Assembly (NCBI GenBank): GCA_043228905.1
Contig: JBHGNT010000007.1
Location: forward strand, 13,826,001-13,890,000
Direction of reading: 5' to 3'
Source: Azolla caroliniana
Taxonomy: Eukaryota > Plantae > Polypodiophyta
DNA length: 64,000 nucleotides
The notes below the pieces were generated by a model that worked only from the letters and a program-made list of their open reading frames with translations, had not been told where the DNA came from and ran no database searches. A program made the translations under genes and the position numbers. Each line of letters begins with the position of its first letter. Position 1 is the stretch's first letter. Below, one piece after another: positions 59,001 through 64,000 of the stretch.

Positions 59001-60757
59001 GAGCCTTCTCATATCCTCGTAGGACCAGGCAAACACGTCCCGAAACTCTTTGAGAACTGTAATCATCGCCGTTCTGTTCTCCATAGTCATTTCCTTGGCT
59101 ATTTGCAACGGTCTTGCCTCTTCCGTAGTTCCTAGATTTACCTCCTCTAGTTGGGATGCTTTAACCCGTTGTGATACGGCCATTTCTCTTTCCAGCGCTT
59201 CTTGTGCTTGTCGTAGCTCCCGGATCACTTCTTTATTTGGTTCTTCGTCCGCTCCGTCCGGTGGCAGTATGTATGGTGATACGGTTTCAGCTACGTCAAT
59301 TTCGAATAGGGGTACTATCTTCGGATTATCTTGCAAGTATTGATCCACCTCTTCGTCTACTAATCCGTCCAGCATATTGACACATTCGGCATATAGGGGT
59401 GTTAATTACTTCCCGGTACCCGTCTGTGGTTGTGTCGGCACCCGTACTTTTGCTTTTCCCTGCCGGAAGGTGATTATATTCTTTCTCCAGTTTTGTTTAA
59501 TGTGCGTCGATTTTAGCCACGGCCACCCCAACAATAGCGGGTAAGCTCCTTGTGCCTGTAATTGTAGCACTACTGCCGAGATGCGAAATGTGTGGCCGCC
59601 GATTGTTACTTCCAAATCTCGTATCAAGCCGGTCGGTCGCACTGAGCTTGTATCTGCCATCCATAGCCAGAACGGGCATGGTTCCCACTCTTGGATTCCC
59701 AAGGTTGTGCATGTTCGGAGGCTAATCCCATTGACACTGGATCCTCCATCTATTACTGTTCCGGGTAACTCCTTTCCCTTCACGATGGTTGTGATCGCCG
59801 GACTGTTTGTGTCTACCACCGCCGGTCCCTCCTTCGGATTTGAGAAGAATGTTGGTGTTGGTGGTGTTTCTCCTCCCGTCATGCCTGTCTTGAGTCCTTC
59901 TATGAATCTGGGCACTAGTTGTAGGAGTCGTCCTAATGGCAGCGTGATTTGGCACTCCTGTAATGCCTACCATGTCGCATTTTCGGTCTGACTACTATCG
60001 GCGAGCTCTTCGGTGTTCTCCTTTTGCTGCGCAAGTTTTGCTACGTTTCGCTCATTTGCCTTTTTCACCCATTCCGTTGCCTGCTTCCGGATGGCCTCTT
60101 GTGTCTCCCATTCCGTCATCTTGCCCTTCGACCTTGTGGTAACCTGCTGCAGGTCTGCGACTTCGGCGACTACCATGTTTATTGTCGGTCGCTTGTCATA
60201 GCTCTTTGCCGGACATTGATTACTATAATGTCCTTCTTGTCGGCAATAATAGCAATATGATTTCCGGGTATTGCTGGATTCGGCATTGTTTCCTATACCC
60301 AGTGGAGGACCTGTGGTAACCGCGGGGCTTTGGTCCAGTTGGCTGCTTGAGGCGCCTTTTCCAGTTCACGTGGGTGGCTCCCTTTTTTGAAATGCCGTTT
60401 TTTATTAAAGTTCTTTTTGTTGCGGTACTGTTGAGCGGCAAGCTCAACCGGAGCCGGATCGGCTAAATAAGCCGGAGCTGGTAAGCGAGACGGATCGGTA
60501 TTACGGTGAGCAACCGAACCGGCAAGCAGTGGACGCCGGGTGCAATCTGTAACCGGAAGTCCAATCGGAAGCCTAGTATAGGATAGACTACTAGGTAGCT
60601 ATAGTCTCGTAGTAAGTGTCAGATGCTCGTGTGAGCATTGAAGTACATGGTACTTCTGTCAGTCCCAAGAGGACTTGTATAAATAGTGCTGCTTAGCACA
60701 GTGTGTACAAAGTCTTGATATAATTTTGGAAATTGTGTTCTGCTCTCTCTGTCTCTC

Positions 60758-60866
<109 letters not shown>

Positions 60867-61000
60867 TGTTCTCTGTTTCACGCTTCCGCAAACACTTACG
60901 TTTACATGGTATCAGAGCACGAGGGTTGAGAACCTCTGCTGCAGACATTTACTCTTGAGAAGAAAACCCTAACAGGTCGAGAACAGACACAGTAGAAGAC

Positions 61001-64000
61001 ATGGATAGAGGCATGGCTACGTCGCTCCCAGTGGAGAAGCTCGACAGGAGCAACTACACATCCTGGTCTTACAAGATGCACCAGTACCTGCTTGGACACG
61101 GGTATTGGAGATATGTTGAAGGAGCGAATGATGCGGCGCCAGACTCGGCACACAAGGACTTCCCGGTATGGGAACAGGCGGCAAGCAGGGTGATGTACTG
61201 TTTCGCGTCCAGTGTCGGCGATCAGCTGCTCAGCCACATCTGTGACGCCAAGACACCGAAGGATGCTTGGGGGAACCTGAAAAAGGTTTTCGCCGCAAGC
61301 ACTACTGCCCGGAAGCTGCAACTCAGACAGGAGTTCAGCAATGTTCGACAGAAGAACATGTCCGTGGCAGACTACACAGGCCGGATAAAGGAGATCTGCG
61401 ACTCGCTCGCCTCTATCAATGTTACCGTAGAGGAAGACGAGATGGTGCAGGTATGTCTCGGAGGCCTGGCGTCCAAGTTCGGAGCGTTCTGGACTGCGGT
61501 GTGTAAAAGGGAGAATACCCCCTCATTCTTCGACTTACAGTCGATGCTCCTTGTAGAGGAGAACCACGCCGGTGCATCTAACAGTGCATCCCCGGATAGC
61601 CGAATGTTGTACACGGGAACGGATCAGCTCCGTGGGCATGGTGGAAGAGGTGAGTCGGCACACAATGGAGGCGGCCGGCAAGAGCAGGAACGGAGGCACT
61701 ATGAGCGTGCCGACAGCAGTTCCGGGACTTCCACAAGCAGGGGGAGTCAAGGCGGTGCCGGAGGCCGACAAGACAAATCCGCTACGGAATGCTGGTACTG
61801 TGGCAAAAAAGGCCATAGGGAAAGCGAGTGCTGGAGAAAGCGTGCCGATTCGGACAAATCCGGATCCGCCAAGACCGGTAAGGATGGCCGGCAAAACTCG
61901 CACTACGCAAACGGATCAGGAGGATCCGGAACCGTAAAGGCCGGTAAGGGGCCAGCCTTGGTGATGAATCACAAGGCAAACTCAATGAAGAAGACCACTT
62001 CCAAAACGGAGGAAGTGTGGTATGTTGATTCCGGCACGTCGAACCACATGACGAGCCACAAAGAGTGGTTCTCCTTTCTAGAGAAACCGGATCGACCAGG
62101 AGTAGTCGAAACCGGAGACGACACTCCTCACCGAATCGTGCACGTCGGAGAAGTCCCTCTAAGCCACGTCGGACAGAAAGGGAAGCTGATGAACGTATTA
62201 CACGTTCCGACAATCACGAAGAACCTGGTGTCCGTCGGTCAGATTGTCGACCAGGGGATGCAGGTGCGGTTTACGCACCTCGGGTGCTTCATTGCGGATG
62301 AGGGCGAAGTTATTGCGCAAGGGCGCAGAGACGGGAGGATGTTTATCCTCAACACCAATGACTTTGGCACCGCTCTGTTCGCGAAACGACAGAAGGTCGA
62401 GTCGGACATCGACCTGTGGCACAAGCGGATAGGCCACGTCAACTACCGGAGGCTTCAACACCTGCAAACGAAACAAGTCGTTTTCAGTTTGCCGAAGTTC
62501 AGCGGCCGGAGAGCCGTAATTTGTGAAGCCTGCCAACTTTGGAAGCAACACCGGCTTCCATTCCCCACCGAACGGAACCGGAGCCGTAACAAGCTCGATC
62601 TCATCCATTCGGATGTGTGGGGACTGGCACAAAGTGTAAGCCTTGGCAGGAGCCGATACTTCGTCTCCTTCACTGACGACTATACTCGACATACTTGGAT
62701 CTACCTCATTGAGCGGAAGAGCGAAGTCTTCGACTAATTCCGGAGCCTCCAGAAGATGGTGGAACGGGAATCGGAGAGGAAGATCAAATGCCTTGGTCGG
62801 ATGGCGGAAAGGAATATTTTTCCGGCCAATTCACTAGTTATCTGCAGCAGAAGGGAATTCGGCGAGAGTTCAGCTGCAGATACACACCGGAGCAAAACGG
62901 TGTGGCCGAAAGGAAGAACTGGACACTCGTCGAAACAGCAAGGGCAATGCTGGAGGAGAAGGGCATGCCCCGGTTCTACTGGGCGGAGGCGGTCCAGATG
63001 GCCGTCTACATACAAAACCGCATTAGTGACAAGGTGTCAGCTCATGAGCTGTATTTCGGGTGCAAGCCAAACTTAAGACACCTTTGGATATTTGGCAGCA
63101 TAGCGTATGTGCATGTGCCAGATCAGAAGCGGAGAAAGCTGGATGCAAAATCGGAAAAATGCATCCTAGTCGGCTATGCTCAAGAGAAAAAGGGGTATAA
63201 GTGTTATAACCCCCGGACGAAGGAAGTCCGAGTTAGTCGGGATGTCGATTTCGACGAATCGGCATCCTGGTACTCCGTACCGACTCCGACTTCCGATCCC
63301 GACCCAATGCCGGAAGATCAGGCCAGTGAGCCTGAATCAGCCCTGGCAGAGGATGATGAAGCCGGGACTCAAGATGAGAGTCCGGAATCATTTTGGTTGA
63401 GTGGACCGAACGAGCAACTGAGTCGGTTGGACCAGTCGGATGAAGAGACGGCAAGTAGTGGAGACTCTGTCGTGCTCTCCCCACGCAAGGAACCGAGGAA
63501 ACGGTTCACGCGCAAAGAGAAGGGGAAGAGGAAGATGCCGGAATTCGAAACCGGCAACGATGAGTCGGATCGGTGCGTATCCGACTCCGAAAAGGAGAAA
63601 GGCAGATTTTCGGCAACGAAGACCGACCTGGCCAAGAAGGGCCTCAAATCAGGTGACGGTGCGTTGCGTCGATCAACCCGTCAGAAGGATGCCGTCGTGC
63701 GGTACGGGTACAATGAATACATGGCGCATCATTATGCGTACATGACTAAGGTGACAGAAGTGCGTGAGCCGGAGAGCTATGCAGAAGCGGCAAAGGACGC
63801 AAATTGGCGTGCCGCTATGGACGAAGAAATGCGGGCACTCGATGCCAACGAAACTTGGGACCTACTTGATCCTCCCCGTCACTGTAAACTAATCGGATGC
63901 AAGTGGGTGTACAAGGTCAAGTACAACGCTGACGGTTCTGTTAACCGGTACAAAACCCAGTTGGTGGCGAAGGGATACGCGCAGACCCACGGAATCGACT
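61001..64000 (+). pseudogene. copia gag-pol; 578 codons open, then stop and frameshift in INT
   Basis: CWYCGKKGHRESEC, WYVDSGTSNHM, LWHKRIGH, IHSDVWG, RT start. Confidence 0.93.

Larger units (their letters stand above)
53636..60428 (-). mobile_element. Ty3/gypsy element B (family of A), 5' end interrupted by copia
   Basis: 3' LTR 53636-54070; pol ~56300-60200 homologous to A (IDGGSSVN, FLDGFSGYNQ, YYASRKLS, INT); extra ORF 54125-56008. Confidence 0.92.

Overview
Eukaryotic, almost certainly land-plant, heterochromatin-type DNA (the element mix suggests a fern or other non-seed plant; inference). It consists almost entirely of nested transposable elements, and no host gene is recognisable. 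Contents: four Ty1/copia elements plus a copia-type solo LTR; three Athila/Tat-like Ty3/gypsy elements (A 6553-16080 full length, C from 44704, B from 53636); two copies of an atypical gypsy family with an FLDD(V/I)PIK RT motif (D, E); a chromovirus-type pol fragment; L1 fragments; and two Sola-type DNA transposons. One Sola element is 11.45 kb, Sola2-like, TIR/TSD-bounded, with a spliced transposase and a RING/coiled-coil cargo gene. The other is Sola1-like, with an intact 926-aa ORF next to a palindromic repeat array. Most striking: gypsy elements A and B, whose LTRs are not visibly similar, both lack a polypurine tract. Exactly 2 nt before the 3' LTR each instead carries a conserved ~40-nt mimic of a tRNA-Arg 3' end (T-arm, acceptor strand, CCA) that is complementary to the family's own PBS, suggesting a non-canonical priming mechanism.
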